Counted from the first letter of the stretch, positions 49,400-63,499 are shown. The stretch: DNA of 64,000 nt from Octopus bimaculoides (GCF_001194135.2 NC_068983.1:111879822-111943821), one strand, 5' to 3'. Notes: generated by a model from the letters alone, not told the origin. Translations and numbers: made by a program.

Positions 49400-50020
49400 T
49401 TAAACTCAAAAAAAGAGGAAAGAAATGATCATCCATGAGACTGCTACATGGCGGAAGTGTTTCATTGAGTAATTGACCAAATCATCATGAGTATTGGTGA
49501 GCAATTTTTGAACAACTGTGAAGTCATAAAAGATATAGCATGTTTTGATCCACATCATTTAGGGGAACTCTAAAAAAATTCCTTATCATCAGAAGTACTG
49601 GCAAACATCTGCAATCATCTAAGTCTGGTCAAGCAAAAGTTCTGCAAAAGATTGTACTTTTTTTATCTTAAACTTTGACTGCACTTCAAAATCTTTGAAT
49701 GAAGTATTTGCAACAGACCTTTAGAATCAGAGTCAAACATACTTCAAACACATCCTGTTATAAATTCAAGTTCACATTGCATTTCCGTAAAGTCGTGTAA
49801 GAATTCTTTGCTTTTTCTATATCCTATATAATTATTCATAGCATGCATCTGCATACTCAAATTTATTCTTAGTTTAGCATTCATGCAATTCTGTGATGAA
49901 TGTGCATTCAGTAAGTTAAAAAGAGTAAAACTCAATTATGCTCCATGCTGTGAAATGGTATGCTCAAAACTCTTATGCTAATGAGCTTTGTAAAAGATTT
50001 ACTTCCTGAAATTTCTATGT
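49400..50020 (+). mobile_element. hAT transposase C-terminal remnant
   Basis: ECAFSKLKRVK at 49898-49930, followed after a frameshift by TQLCSM, matches the hAT dimerisation motif CERAFSKLK.IKT.LRS. Boundaries are uncertain. Confidence 0.55.
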
Positions 50021-50834
50021 ATGGTATTCTTTTTTTTTTCTTCTTGAAAAACAACACAGGTTTTTAGATTGCTTGCTCTCTTGGTGGTTTCTGCTTTGAA
50101 AATAGATAGATTGCTTATTCTGTGAATACTATTTTATTCTGAAAAATATCCATATCATCTAACTTTAATAAACAGAATACTGAAGAAATGGAGCATCTTA
50201 TTTACCCATTTAATAGTATTGCTTTTATTTGATTCATTTGTTAAAGTTTATGATTAGGTAGGCCTTTTTACATGTTTTACCCTGTAGAAAGTTTAGAGAC
50301 AGTTTATCCTTGCAATTAATTGTCACAGATATTTTTATGGACATATTTTATAGGAATCACTAGTCATCAGTATACTATTAACTTATGCTAAACTTTAACA
50401 TCAACATTTTATATAAATCGCAAGTCACCAGTATACTATTAACTCATACTAACCTTTACTGTAGAAACTGCAAAATGACTATGAATGTATATGCATGTAT
50501 GGTTGTATGTTTGTATGTATATATTTATGTATGTGTGTCTCTTCTGTATTTAATCATTAAAATTCTTCCTCTGAAGAAGGAGCTGGTTTCTAACAAAGAT
50601 ACAAAGTTGCATCTTTGGAATGTAGATAATGGAAACAATGTCACATTTTAAACATAAGAAAAGTCTTGCATAGTTTTACTATTCCGCATACAGATTGTAT
50701 TTATAATGTGCAAGTCAGTTGGTTGATTTCTTTTTCTGAAAATCCAAGCTTATCCACTCTGACAGTTAAGCATTTACTTACAAAACCTAGTGCTTCAATT
50801 GTTATTGGTATAAATGTAAATTTGTAATCCAGAT

Positions 50835-51515
50835 ATATAATTGTTAAACAGAACAGCATACATTAAGGCAAGGCAGACATCTCAAGTCATATACAATATT
50901 ATCATTGGAAAAAATTCAAAATCTTACAGCTGTTTCTGGGATATCCATGAGAATGGGATATTCCATCATCAGAGACAAGTAAAGAAAAAAATAGGGAAAA
51001 TGAGAATGGTATATATTAATAAGATGTCAACGTGGAGGAAGCGAGTAAAAGAATAAAATGGAAAGAAGGAAGAAAAAAGAAGCATAAAAGTTCATAATTC
51101 AACTTTCTGAAGTTATAGAAATCAGATCATGAGTCCTAAGGTGCAATCCTGCATAGATCCATGAGCATAAGTCCTCTGTGCAACCCACATGGATCTATGC
51201 AGGGTTGTACCTAAGGACTCATACTCTAGTTTCTATAACTTCGGAATGTTGAACTATGAACTTTTATGCTTCATTTTTCTTCTTTCTTTCCATCTCATTA
51301 TTCATTTATTCACTTCCTCTATGTTGTCATCTCATCAATAAATACCATTCTCATTTTCCCTATTTTTCCCTATTTGTCTCAGATGACAGAGTATCTCATA
51401 CTTGAGGATATCCCAGAAACAGCTGCAGATTTTGAATTTTTTCCGATAATAATATTGTATATGACTTGAGATGTTTGCTTTGCCTTAATGTTTGCTGCCC
51501 TGTTTAACAATTGTA
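50835..51515. repeat. Large diverged fold-back palindrome with arms of about 325 bp and a loop of about 25 nt
   Basis: CATCTCAAGTCATATACAATATTAT..GGAAAAAATTCAAAATC..CAGCTGTTTCTGGGATATCC pairs with 51405-51475, and the centre CCTGCATAGATCCATG...CATGGATCTATGCAGG is intact. Confidence 0.9.
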
Positions 51516-51702
51516 CATCAACTGCATTTAAAATCTGCAATGGCTCCATAACTACCATCTCGGCTATAACTTTGAAGCTCTAGTAATCCGTTACAGCATT
51601 TACATAGCGTACCTAATTGTTTAGATCACCTGTGAACTAAACCCCCATACTTTGTGTATATATATGTGTCTATGTGTTTGTGTGTGAGTGTGTGTGTGTA
51701 TG

Positions 51703-51760
<58 letters not shown>

Positions 51761-51764
51761 CTTA

Positions 51765-52017
51765 TCTTTTATTTTTTACTTGTTTCTGTCATTAGACTGT
51801 GGCTATTTTGGGAGACTACCTTGAAGAATTTTAGTCAAACAATTTAACACTCGTATTTATGTTCTTAAGCCTTATAATTATTCTATTGGTCTCTCTTGTT
51901 GAACTACTGGTTATAGAGATATAAACACATCAATATTGGTCGTCAAGCAGTGGTAGAATACAAATACAAAACACACACACACACACACACACACCCACAC
52001 ACACACACACACTCACA

Positions 52018-52060
<43 letters not shown>

Positions 52061-52240
52061 AGATATACACATGATGGGCTTCTTTGAGGTTTAGCCTTAA
52101 AAAATCTACTCACCAGGCTTTGATAGGTTGAAGTTTATAGTAGGAGACACTTGGCCAAGGTGCAAGGTGTCACACAGTAGGACTGAACCCAGAACCTTGT
52201 TGTTGAGAAACAGGCTTCTTACCACACAGATATGCCTGCC
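51765..52240 (-). mobile_element. Old full-length copy of the tRNA-headed SINE with internal (CA)n
   Basis: TACTTGTTTC.GTCATT at the tail, an internal (CA)n, and head GGACTGAACCCAGAACC...CTTACCACACAG. Confidence 0.7.
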
Positions 52241-52674
52241 AAGAAATATAATTTTATTCTTTGTAGTTGTTGGAACTATTTGAGGGGTATTAAAAGCCCC
52301 ACTAGCATTGACATAATTCATGATGGATCAATGATAAGACTTTTACACTGTTTTCAACATCATTATATTCCCTCACTTTTTAGATTTATTAATCATTCTT
52401 AGTCTTGCCAATTGATTAGAACATTCACTGCTGAGGTCTTCTTAAATAAAAACATGTCTGTTATTTTCACCAGTTGGTTTTAAAATCCAGCTCCACAGCA
52501 ATCTATAGTGTCTGTATTATTGAAAAATTTCAATCAACTGATCTTATCACCCTTAATATTATTTTTGTCTTTTTTTTTTATAGATTTTAAACACTGTTGT
52601 ATGTACTTTTTGTCTACTAATTGCTTGAATAATCTCGGTCAAAGTTTTCCATACTATTTTACATATATGAAACC

Positions 52675-52736
<62 letters not shown>

Positions 52737-52748
52737 CTGCTAGTACAT

Positions 52749-52781
<33 letters not shown>

Positions 52782-54214
52782 TGCATACTTTCATATATAC
52801 ATACATACATATATGTGTGTANNNNNNNNNNNNNNNNNNNNNNNNNNNNNNNNNNNNNNNNNNNNNNNNNNNNNNNNNNNNNNNNNNNNNNNNNNNNNNN
52901 NNNNNNNNNNNNNNNNNNNNNNNNNNNNNNNNNNNNNNNNNNNNNNNNNNNNNNNNNNNNNNNNNNNNNNNNNNNNNNNNNNNNNNNNNNNNNNNNNNNN
53001 NNNNNNNNNNNNNNNNNNNNNNNNNNNNNNNNNNNNNNNNNNNNNNNNNNNNNNNNNNNNNNNNNNNNNNNNNNNNNNNNNNNNNNNNNNNNNNNNNNNN
53101 NNNNNNNNNNNNNNNNNNNNNNNNNNNNNNNNNNNNNNNNNNNNNNNNNNNNNNNNNNNNNNNNNNNNNNNNNNNNNNNNNNNNNNNNNNNNNNNNNNNN
53201 NNNNNNNNNNNNNNNNNNNNNNNNNNNNNNNNNNNNNNNNNNNNNNNNNNNNNNNNNNNNNNNNNNNNNNNNNNNNNNNNNNNNNNNNNNNNNNNNNNNN
53301 NNNNNNNNNNNNNNNNNNNNNNNNNNNNNNNNNNNNNNNNNNNNNNNNNNNNNNNNNNNNNNNNNNNNNNNNNNNNNNNNNNNNNNNNNNNNNNNNNNNN
53401 NNNNNNNNNNNNNNNNNNNNNNNNNNNNNNNNNNNNNNNNNNNNNNNNNNNNNNNNNNNNNNNNNNNNNNNNNNNNNNNNNNNNNNNNNNNNNNNNNNNN
53501 NNNNNNNNNNNNNNNNNNNNNNNNNNNNNNNNNNNNNNNNNNNNNNNNNNNNNNNNNNNNNNTATATATATATATATTCTATTGCTTCTTTACATTCTTC
53601 TTTTCTTTCTTCCTTTTTTTTTTAACGAAAGACAAATTCAGATTTTAATTTGATTTACACTACACAAAATGAACAAAAATCCAGATATTGAAAATATCAT
53701 CTCACAAAACATTGATGATAAGAAGCAACCAGCCAAGATAGTTAAAAGTCTGTAGTATATAGTCAGTGATATAACCTTTATACAAAATTGTTTCATAGAA
53801 CAGTGAGTCTAACCTTACCAACACCTCAGTTATATTAGTTTATCACATTCAGCAGTAACATGCTGATATATTATACTCCAGTAAAAACTGTAATAGAACT
53901 CAGTCATGGGAAGAAGTGATGTATCATGCAGATAATTATCTGATAACATTTCACCTATATTAGTTTTCTCATCTATTGATTTTATATGCCAAGATAGATA
54001 AATATATATACATATATACTACACTCACACACATGCACAAACACATATACAAACTTACATACAGACACAAACATACATACATACACACATGCAAATATGG
54101 ATGTGTGTATGTATGTTTATTTCTATTACCATCATTGCCATAACCATTTTAGTGTCAATTTTTTTTTGTCTTTTTGTTTTGTTTCTTTGAGGAGTTTTTT
54201 TTTGTCTATGCTAG

Positions 54215-54320
54215 GCAGAATTAAATAGATCTGTAATACATCTTTCCAGTAATCTCGATCCTGTCTTACGAGATCTATGAAGTCCTGTCTTCTCACAACT
54301 CTATCTAACAATTCCATCTC
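54215..54320 (-). mobile_element. Possible old RTE LINE ORF C-terminal remnant
   Basis: DRVVRRQDFIDLVRQDRDYWKDVL resembles the RTE C-terminal pattern EVVR.D......QDRD.WR..V. The match is weak. Confidence 0.35.
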
Positions 54321-54671
54321 TTTATTTATCTACATCTTCTATAGGTAACTTCTACCACAGAGCTAAGGGATTTGCCATCAATCAAGTATTATCTTTTCAC
54401 ATCACATGTACATATCAACCCAACCATCTCTCCCCCTCTCTCTCTCATATATATATATATANNNNNNNNNNNNNNNNNNNNNNNNNNNNNNNNNNNNNNN
54501 NNNNNNNNNNNNNNNNNNNNNNNNNNNNNNNNNNNNNNNNNNNNNNNNNNNNNNNNNNNNNNNNNNNNNNNNNNNNNNNNNNNNNNNNNNNNNNNNNNNN
54601 NNNNNNNNNNNNNNNNNNNNNNNNNNNNNNNNNNNNNNNNNNNNNNNNNNNATATATATTTACATGTATGC

Positions 54672-54707
<36 letters not shown>

Positions 54708-55121
54708 CAATACCTATTAAGATCTGTAGTTCTGTCCTTTCCTTGCCAGTAACCTTCCTAATGAGTTCACATTGTGTGGAGAAGAGGTTACTTTCAACTT
54801 GCACTTCTCCAATTTGTGCTGATCCCTTGATTTCTGTGACTAGGGTTTATTACCTTAAAACATTTATATTTCTTCCACATATCTAACATATCTAACAAAA
54901 TCCAATTTTTTATATGGACAGAGGATCCCTTATTCATCAACAATAATCATTTCTACATTTTTTTTATCTCACAGAAACTTGGACTGTGTGACATTAGAAA
55001 CTGCATCATAAGCTTTTTGTGATATGCTGATTGTTTGAGTGGTTCATCTAATTCAATCTCTTTTTGTTAAACCAGAAAATTTTGTGTATTTTACGTTCCA
55101 GTGCTTTTGTAATTTGGACAT

Positions 55122-55548
55122 TTTTACTCTTTCACCCTTTTACTTGTTTCAGTCATATTTTACTGTGACCATGCTGGAGCACCATCTGAAAAGGTTTTAG
55201 TCAAAGAAATCAACTCCAGGACTTATTCTTTGTTAGCCTAGTACTTATTCTGTTGGTGTCTTTTGCTGAACCAGTAACTTATGAGCATGTAAACATACCA
55301 ACATTGGTTGTCAAGCGATGGTGAGAGAACAAACTCAGAGACAAAAACATACACACACACACACATGCATACACACACACATATGTATATATATGATGGG
55401 CTTCTTGTAGCTTCCGTCTGCCAAATCCACTCACAAGGCTTTGGTCATCCCAAGGCTATAGTAGTAAACACCTGCCCAAGGTGCCGTGCAGTGGGACGGA
55501 GCCTGGAACCATGTGGTTAAGAAGCAAGTTACTTACTACACAACCACT
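55122..55548 (-). mobile_element. Full-length tRNA-headed SINE (reverse)
   Basis: Complete reverse complement of the 33113 family. Confidence 0.8.
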
Positions 55549-55567
55549 GTAGTTGTTTTGCAGACAT

Positions 55568-55940
55568 GTCTTAGTGGTTTAGAAGCTCATTGCCACCACA
55601 TGCTTTTGGGTTAAGTCCCACTGTATGTCACTTTGGCCAAGTGTTGCCTACTATAGCTCCAGATCAACCAATGCCTTGAGTGAATTTGGTAGACAGAAAC
55701 TGTATGGAAGCCCACCATATGTGTGTGTGTGGGGGGGTTCTGTTTGTTCTTCCACTATCACTTGACAACCAGTGCTGGTTTATTTGGATTCTTCTACCTT
55801 AGCAATTCAGCAAAAAATGCAATAGAATAAGCACCAGACTGTAAAAGAATGAGTATATGGGTAAATTTGTTTAACTAAACTCTCCAAGGTAGTGGCACCA
55901 GCATGACTGCAGTCCAATGACTAAAACCAATAAAAGGTAA
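55568..55940 (+). mobile_element. Older copy of the same SINE, head-to-head with the previous one
   Basis: GGGTTAAGTCCCACTGTATGTCACTTTGGCCAAGTG...GGAAGCCCACC(TG)n...CCAGCATGACTGCAGTCCAATGACTAAAAC. Confidence 0.75.
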
Positions 55941-57460
55941 AATAACATTTATGCTTGTCTTTTCTTTTCCTGCATTTTAAGCAAGACCATTTTGCAAATG
56001 ATATTTACTAATCTGTATTTAACTCTAGGCTATATGCACATTCTTATCTTTCAACTCAAGCCAAGTCCTTTTAGCTGCAAAATAATCTTGTTCTCTTGTT
56101 GATTTATTTGTGGAAATCTAATCAGCATATGAATGTTTTCATTGACATCCAATTTTCATTTTGTTTCTGATGGTCTCAATGATTAATATGAATAAGTTAC
56201 TTTAAATTCATTGCTAAATTTTTATGTGATGTTAATCAAAAGCTTTATATTATTTTACATGACCTAAACAATTTCCAGGAACCATGTTTTGAATTCTTTT
56301 CTTACTGACAATAAAGTTCTAATTGTGAAATCATGTCAAAGGTACTCTTTAAGATGTAACACCCATGAAATCTGAGATAACTTGAGATGAGCTTTGTTAG
56401 CAAGTGAAGTTCAATATTGGGTACAAAATAGAATAATTTCATATGGATTATAATAATATTTCTTTCAAACTTCACTTTTGTTACATTTATTAAAACTCCA
56501 AATAATCCCTCTCAACACTTGGCTGGGATACTCTTCTACCACTCCTGTTCATGATCAGAGATGTACATATTGTCAGCCACTAAGGGGTATGCTCAACTGG
56601 TTAAGGTCAAACAACTGACAAGCAAATCTGTGGCATTGAGCATAATATTTGCTGCAACAGTATTTCTGCTTCAGTAACTGAAATGTAATGGAATCTGACT
56701 GAAACATTGAATCTGCCTGAATTGTAATGGAAAATAGGTAAGTTTCAAAACAGTGATGTCCAGGATTACAAAAGTAAAGTTTTGAAGGGAATAGCAGTCA
56801 TTTCATTAGATTTCTAGCTAGAAGCAAATAGCAAGTAACACTTACTGACCAAAAACAAAAAAAAACATTAAAATTTTGTTATACAGTGTTATTCAATTTT
56901 GTGAGCTTATTTTCACACTGACTGATACTTTTCTTGTTTTGTTCAACTTACTTTTATCCTGCATAGCTTTGTGAATAAGCATTTAAAACATGTTTTTTAT
57001 CTTACTCCACTACTTAACCCATTTGTTACCATATGTCTGCTGAAGCACACTGTCTTAATTTCAATTAATTTTCTAAATAATGAAAAACTTTATAAAATAA
57101 CTGTGATCTTATTAATCTGGTGTTTGAAAAATAAATTAAAATTAAATTTTCTGGAAGGTTTTTACATTAGATCACTTTAAAACATGAAGTTTGTATAATA
57201 CAACAAAAGGCAAGTGTGTTGGTATCAAAAGAGTCAAGATCCCTTATCAAGCTACCATTCCTGTCATGTAAATATAGATAGCATACTCTACCACAATCTC
57301 ATGAATCTCAGATAGGACAACACAACCTGGAAATGTCATGCATCAGCAAATAAGCACCTAACCATCAGTTCCATTTAACTATGGCAAGCATTTAATTTTG
57401 TTGATATCTACACACAGGCATACACACAAAGACACACACACACACACACACACATATATA

Positions 57461-57500
57461 CTAGTTTAAACGCTGCCCAATAGGGCAGCTTTTAAACTAA
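57461..57500 (-). mobile_element. Helitron-like 3' terminus
   Basis: The minus strand reads GCTGCCC-tatt-GGGCAGC-gtttaaa-CTAG|T, i.e. a hairpin followed by CTAG. The extent of the element towards higher coordinates is unknown. Confidence 0.5.
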
Positions 57501-57879
57501 CTCTTGTCTTTATTGCAAAGTATTTTGTCTGCAAGTTTAAGTCTCCAGTTATTGGACAGGTAGTTTCTTTACACTTTGCACTACCTAACAACTTATTGAG
57601 CAGGGATTCTTCAGCTTTTTGTCCCAGCATCTTGAGATGATATTCTAAATAAAAGTATATCCCTCATAATCTTTCTTTTATTGTTTAATAAAAAGAAGAT
57701 TAGTGCTCAATGAATCTTATCAGAATTTTGGTGACTTGTAGGAGGACATTATGGTTTGACTAGATACATCATCTAACCAGATTCTACTGAAGTACAAGAT
57801 GGGTGGTGTTAAACAAAGCAATGAATTAATCAGTGTCCTACTATCCAACCTATGCCAGTCTGAAACATGGAGATTGAAT

Positions 57880-57882
57880 GAC

Positions 57883-57930
<48 letters not shown>

Positions 57931-58148
57931 GGTGGTGGTGATTCATGACAAATTCTTTCCAGATGGTCAAAATATTGATGTCAACCTGTACTTTGAACAG
58001 CTGGAGCAGATGTAGGACATTGTGCAGCAAAAATACCCGGCAATACCCAGGTGGTGGTGGCGGTAGTGGCGGTGAATGGTGCTAGTGATGGTGGTGGCGG
58101 TGGTAATGGTGGTGGCGGCAGTGGCAGTGGCTGTGACGGCAGCAGTGG

Positions 58149-58207
<59 letters not shown>

Positions 58208-58225
58208 TTGTTGATGATGATATCT
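57880..58225. repeat. (GAT)n and (GGT)n trinucleotide tracts
   Basis: Seen directly. They explain the poly-H, poly-D, poly-I and poly-S ORFs. Confidence 0.9.
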
Positions 58226-58504
58226 GCATTCAGATACTGATTACTATATGCAGTTAATAAATTAATTAACACTTTCTTATATATCTTGTTAACTAGCTTT
58301 CAGCTTGTAAGGCATCATTGGGAAGTTGCTAAATCCTCACTCGCCCATTTGCTGAAGTTTCCTATAACAAGTCTTTAACATGATATGAGAAAAAGCATTA
58401 GATTGGCACAAACACATGGTTTAACTTTCTAGATTCCATGCCAAAATATGCATATGTACATACACACATACATAAGTACATGTATTCTTACATATTTATG
58501 TATG

Positions 58505-58561
<57 letters not shown>

Positions 58562-58767
58562 NNNNNNNNNNNNNNNNNNNNNNNNNNNNNNNNNNNNNNN
58601 NNNNNNNNNNNNNNNNNNNNNNNNNNNNNNNNNNNNNNNNNNNNNNNNNNNNNNNNNNNNNNNNNNNNNNNNNNNNNNNNNNNNNNNNNNNNNNNNNNNN
58701 NNNNNNNNNNNNNNNNNNNNNNNNNNNNNNNNNNNNNNNNNNNNNNNNNNNNNNNNNNNNNNNNNNN

Positions 58768-58838
<71 letters not shown>

Positions 58839-58867
58839 GTATGTATCTATCTATCTATCTATCCTCA

Positions 58868-58983
<116 letters not shown>

Positions 58984-59362
58984 CCATGCATGCACAAACA
59001 CATACATATATGAATTAATGACATTTACTTACATACAAACAGAGTTGCATATGCATAAACTGAATGCATAAGTAAGGAGAGAAAGACAATTCAAATGAGA
59101 AATCAGAAGTGTAAATAAGAGAGAATAAAGGCACATGAAATAGATAACAGCAGGGAATTCTATCATGAAAAGTTGCAAAGGTATTGAGAACATGAGGTTA
59201 TATAACAAATATACTGGTTTCTCATGTAATTAATTAGGTTCTTTTTGTATAGCTCCAAGTCAACCTAATAAATGTATACACATGCACACACATGCATATA
59301 TGTTACATATATATGTGTGTGTGGGTGTGTATACACACATACATAGATATATTTGCATACAA

Positions 59363-59400
<38 letters not shown>

Positions 59401-59869
59401 NNNNNNNNNNNNNNNNNNNNNNNNNNNNNNNNNNNNNNNNNNNNNNNNNNNNNNNNNNNNNNNNNNNNNNNNNNNNNNNNNNNNNNNNNNNNNNNNNNNN
59501 NNNNNNNNNNNNNNNNNNNNNNNNNNNNNNNNNNNNNNNNNNNNNNNNNNNNNNNNNNNNNNNNNNNNNNNNNNNNNNNNNNNNNNNNNNNNNNNNNNNN
59601 NNNNNNNNNNNNNNNNNNNNNNNNNNNNNNNNNNNNNNNNNNNNNNNNNNNNNNNNNNNNNNNNNNNNNNNNNNNNNNNNNNNNNNNNNNNNNNNNNNNN
59701 NNNNNNNNNNNNNNNNNNNNNNNNNNNNNNNNNNNNNNNNNNNNNNNNNNNNNNNNNNNNNNNNNNNNNNNNNNNNNNNNNNNNNNNNNNNNNNNNNNNN
59801 NNNNNNNNNNNNNNNNNNNNNNNNNNNNNNNNNNNNNNNNNNNNNNNNNNNNNNNNNNNNNNNNNNNNN

Positions 59870-59927
<58 letters not shown>

Positions 59928-60509
59928 TGTATATATGCAATATATACACATGTACATGAATTACATACATGCATGTACATGATATATAAATAAGCATACA
60001 TAGTTGAACAAAAGTTTGAAAGCCATAGAACATAGAATGCAATTTTAATAAAGTATATAGTTTTATTCTTACTCTTTTATTATAGTTTGATCTGACAGAT
60101 CCTTTTCAAATGATGCCTTGAAACAGAAACAATTAAAAACAAAAATTAACAACTGACACTTGCCAATATAGATCTGAAAATATTGAACTTCCAAATGTAT
60201 TTGGAAATGTTGCTGCAGAAACATGTTATGCAAATGTAAATTATAAAACATCCTTCTTGAACTTTTTTTACCCTGTGTGCATTTTGGAGGTTTGTGGATG
60301 TGCTGCTACACTGTGTTTAAAATTTTGTGGAAATATAATATAAAATATAATATGTGCAACTCTCTCAACAAGAACTCATAACTTGAACTGGCCATGATAC
60401 CATAAACCTTGACTAAAAAAAGGATTTAGCAAATCCTATCAGGTGGTGTTATCAAGTTATGTACAGCCTGGGTCAATCTTTGGTCAAAACATATCTGTAT
60501 ACATGTATA

Positions 60510-60658
60510 CACTAACGTAGCTTGGGTGGGGGTTAGGTAAAGTCTGCCTCGAGTGGCACTTTTAGGTCTGCTATAGGCAGTATGTGTTTTTTGTGAGGTC
60601 CGAGGGTAGTAAGCAGAAGGGCTGTCCCGGGTGGCACATACTCTAGCTACGCTAGTGA
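60510..60658. mobile_element. GC-rich MITE-like element of about 150 bp with 13-bp TIRs
   Basis: CACTAACGTAGCT ... AGCTACGCTAGTG (12 of 13 complementary), with internal GTGGCAC repeats. Confidence 0.5.
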
Positions 60659-60715
60659 ATGTATGTATGTATCTATGTTTATACAATTTTGTGGAAATAT
60701 AATAGAAAATATAAT

Positions 60716-61250
60716 CATCATCATTGTTTCACATCTGCTTTCCATGCTGGCATGGGTGGGATGGTTTGACAGGAGCTGGCCAGGCAGAATGAGTATGTTT
60801 ATGTCTCCCTGTCTTAACATCACGATAGTTATAAAATGGTTGTCACTGTCATACAAACAGTGTCACTCATTTCCAATATTTTGAAAGAACATATCTGGCC
60901 ATGGATAAATATTACTTTGTTTGGAAACAGGTGAGTGTTGGTGACAGGAAGGGCATCCAGCTGCATAAAATCTGCCTTATTAAAATCCATCTGACCCATG
61001 CAAGCATGGAAAAGGGACATTAAACTGATGATGATAATATANNNNNNNNNNNNNNNNNNNNNNNNNNNNNNNNNNNNNNNNNNNNNNNNNNNNNNNNNNN
61101 NNNNNNNNNNNNNNNNNNNNNTTACTTTGTTTGGAAACAGGTGAGTGTTGGTGACAGGAAGGGCATCCAGCTGCATAAAATCTGCCTTATTAAAATCCAT
61201 CTGACCCATGCAAGCATGGAAAAGGGACATTAAACTGATGATGATAATAT
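60716..61250. mobile_element. RTE-type tails: one minus (60716-60790) and one plus (60911-61036), the plus copy duplicated across a gap
   Basis: Family motifs GGAAGGGCATCCAGCTG and CCCATGCAAGCATGGAAAAG...GATGAT. Confidence 0.65.
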
Positions 61251-62243
61251 AATAGTGAAACATGGTGAGAGCAGGCACAGGATATGTGAACAGAAGGAAA
61301 AAAATGAAGTATGCTCTATTGGATGTCATTTATTAGTGTACATGAGGAATAGAGCACAAAGGATCTGAGAGAAAAACTGAGTATAAGCAAGAGAGGGATG
61401 CTTATGGCTTTCAGTTTGATAAAGTGTTATGAGATTCAAGTAAAAGAGATCTGTAGAAGACCAATGAGAACAAGGGGACAAGAAAGGAAAACTGATCTCA
61501 AAAGACAGAAGGCCCAAAAGGAAATGGTTAGTAACTATAACAGGTGTTGAGATTCTGTGTTGTAGAATCCCCATTCAATCTATGTGACTAAGGGGTGTGA
61601 AAGCGATGATGATAATGTTTATGCACATTATCATCACCAGCCTCAGCATTTTACATTCAAGTTTCAAGGTTGGCTTGACTGTTTTATTGAGATTGTGTTC
61701 AATGATTAGATGCCCTTCCTGATGCCTATTACTGCATGAAATGATGCAATGTAACTGTTCTAAAACCAGGATAAACATGGCAGATGACATTAAAAATATA
61801 TTTGTATGTATAGTGTGTGTGTGTGTATGTGTGTGTGTGTATGTGTGTGTGTGTATGTGTGTGTATACATATGCACACACACACACACATGTATATATAT
61901 ATATATATATGCATGTATGCATGCATTAATAATGAGAAATAATTCACAGATAGAAATTTTATATTTTTATTAATGCATTGCTACACATGTTTCAGCATGA
62001 CATGTATTTTTATGGGACCACCTCACCATATCCACAGGATATTATCAGATACTATTTATAGTATCCATGGACCCTATGGGTGCCCACTAATTCAGCATAC
62101 ATAACTCTTCAAGCAAATACATGTCATGCCAAAACATATGTAGCAAGGCATTGACAAAAATAAAATTTCCATCAATGAAGTATTTCTCATCATTAATATA
62201 TTCATCTGATGTTACACAGAGTACTGCATGCATAACAATTCCT

Positions 62244-62610
62244 ACTCTCCTTACTTGTTTCAGTCAGTTGACTGCGGCCATGCTGGAGCACCGCCTTTAG
62301 TCGAGCAAATCGACCCCAGGACTTATTCTTTCTAAGCCTAGTACTTATTCTATCGGTCTCTTTTGCCAAACCGCTAAGTTACGGGGGACGTAAACACACC
62401 AGCATCGGTTGCCAAGCGATGTTGGGGGGACAAACACAAACACACACACACACNNNNNNNNNNCATCGTTTAATATCCACCTTCCATGTTGGCATGGGTT
62501 GGGCAGTTTGACAGGAGCCAGCCAGGTAGAAGACTACACCAGGCGTCAGTGTCTGTTTGGCATGGCTTTTATGGCTGGATGCCCTTCCTAACACTAACCA
62601 CCCCACAGAT
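62244..62610 (-). mobile_element. 3' half of the tRNA-headed SINE (62244-62453) abutting an RTE-type tail (62464-62610)
   Basis: Reverse complements of 33540-33720 and of the (GAT)n-tail family. Confidence 0.8.
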
Positions 62611-62612
62611 GG

Positions 62613-62649
<37 letters not shown>

Positions 62650-63499
62650 AAGCTATAAAGTGCACAAGCACTCTTCTGGGTGCACTGCACCCTATAACGG
62701 AAACAGTTGTAAGCTATTGTAACTCATTGCAAGATTTCCTGTTCCTTTGTCATTTAATCACATACATGCATATACACACAGACATACTCACTAGTAATGT
62801 GTAATGAAATTTTGTCATTCAAGCTATATTTGGACATTTTGCAATTTAACTTAATTTACTTAAATTCGCAGCAGTTTTCAAAAGCAAAAATTTTATAACG
62901 ATATTTAATTTAAAACAAATTTGTAAATTAACACATGATTGTATGGTGGTGTTTTTTTTTTTCTATTTTGTAAAATATTCATAAATTTCTCTTCTTTTTA
63001 AAAATAAAAGTAAAATTTATCAAATTTTTGTTTAATTCCTGTTTCATTTTTAACATGGGGTGTCTAAATGAGAAAAACAACTGGTTACATCATGAAAGAT
63101 CTTAATTGCATGACAGCCAGTACATTGCAGCATATATGTGACATCAACACCAGGTTGAATAAGTATCTTTTGTCTACATACACAGTAATGCTAAAATATT
63201 TTATCTTGCTCAAAGCTATCAGAAATAAGTTTTAGCTTTTTTGAAATCATAGAAAATGAAATTTTCTTACCTTCTTTGATTTATAATTTGAAAAATATGT
63301 TTAAATCATGATGTGTTGGTCTAAACAAACAGATATATTGTAAGAGTTCACTGGTCTCTGAAGATATGTAAAAGTTTTGAAAGATGTTTGCATGATGTAA
63401 TTAGCACAGTTAATTAACTAGAAAATTTGCTTAGATGAGATTGTACTTCATCTTTGTACAATCATTCTTGCCACTTCCTAGTAAGACAACTACAGGAGT

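Noticed and set aside
52508-53653. Long ORFs in the track (also 5963, 11034, 41372, 59260 and others)
   Set aside because: They are open only because they run through N-gaps and dinucleotide microsatellites (YIYI, CVCV, HTHT).
60911-61250. Identical direct repeat of about 120 bp on both sides of an 80-N gap
   Set aside because: Identical sequence at facing contig ends is the typical signature of an unmerged overlap, so it is most likely an assembly artefact.
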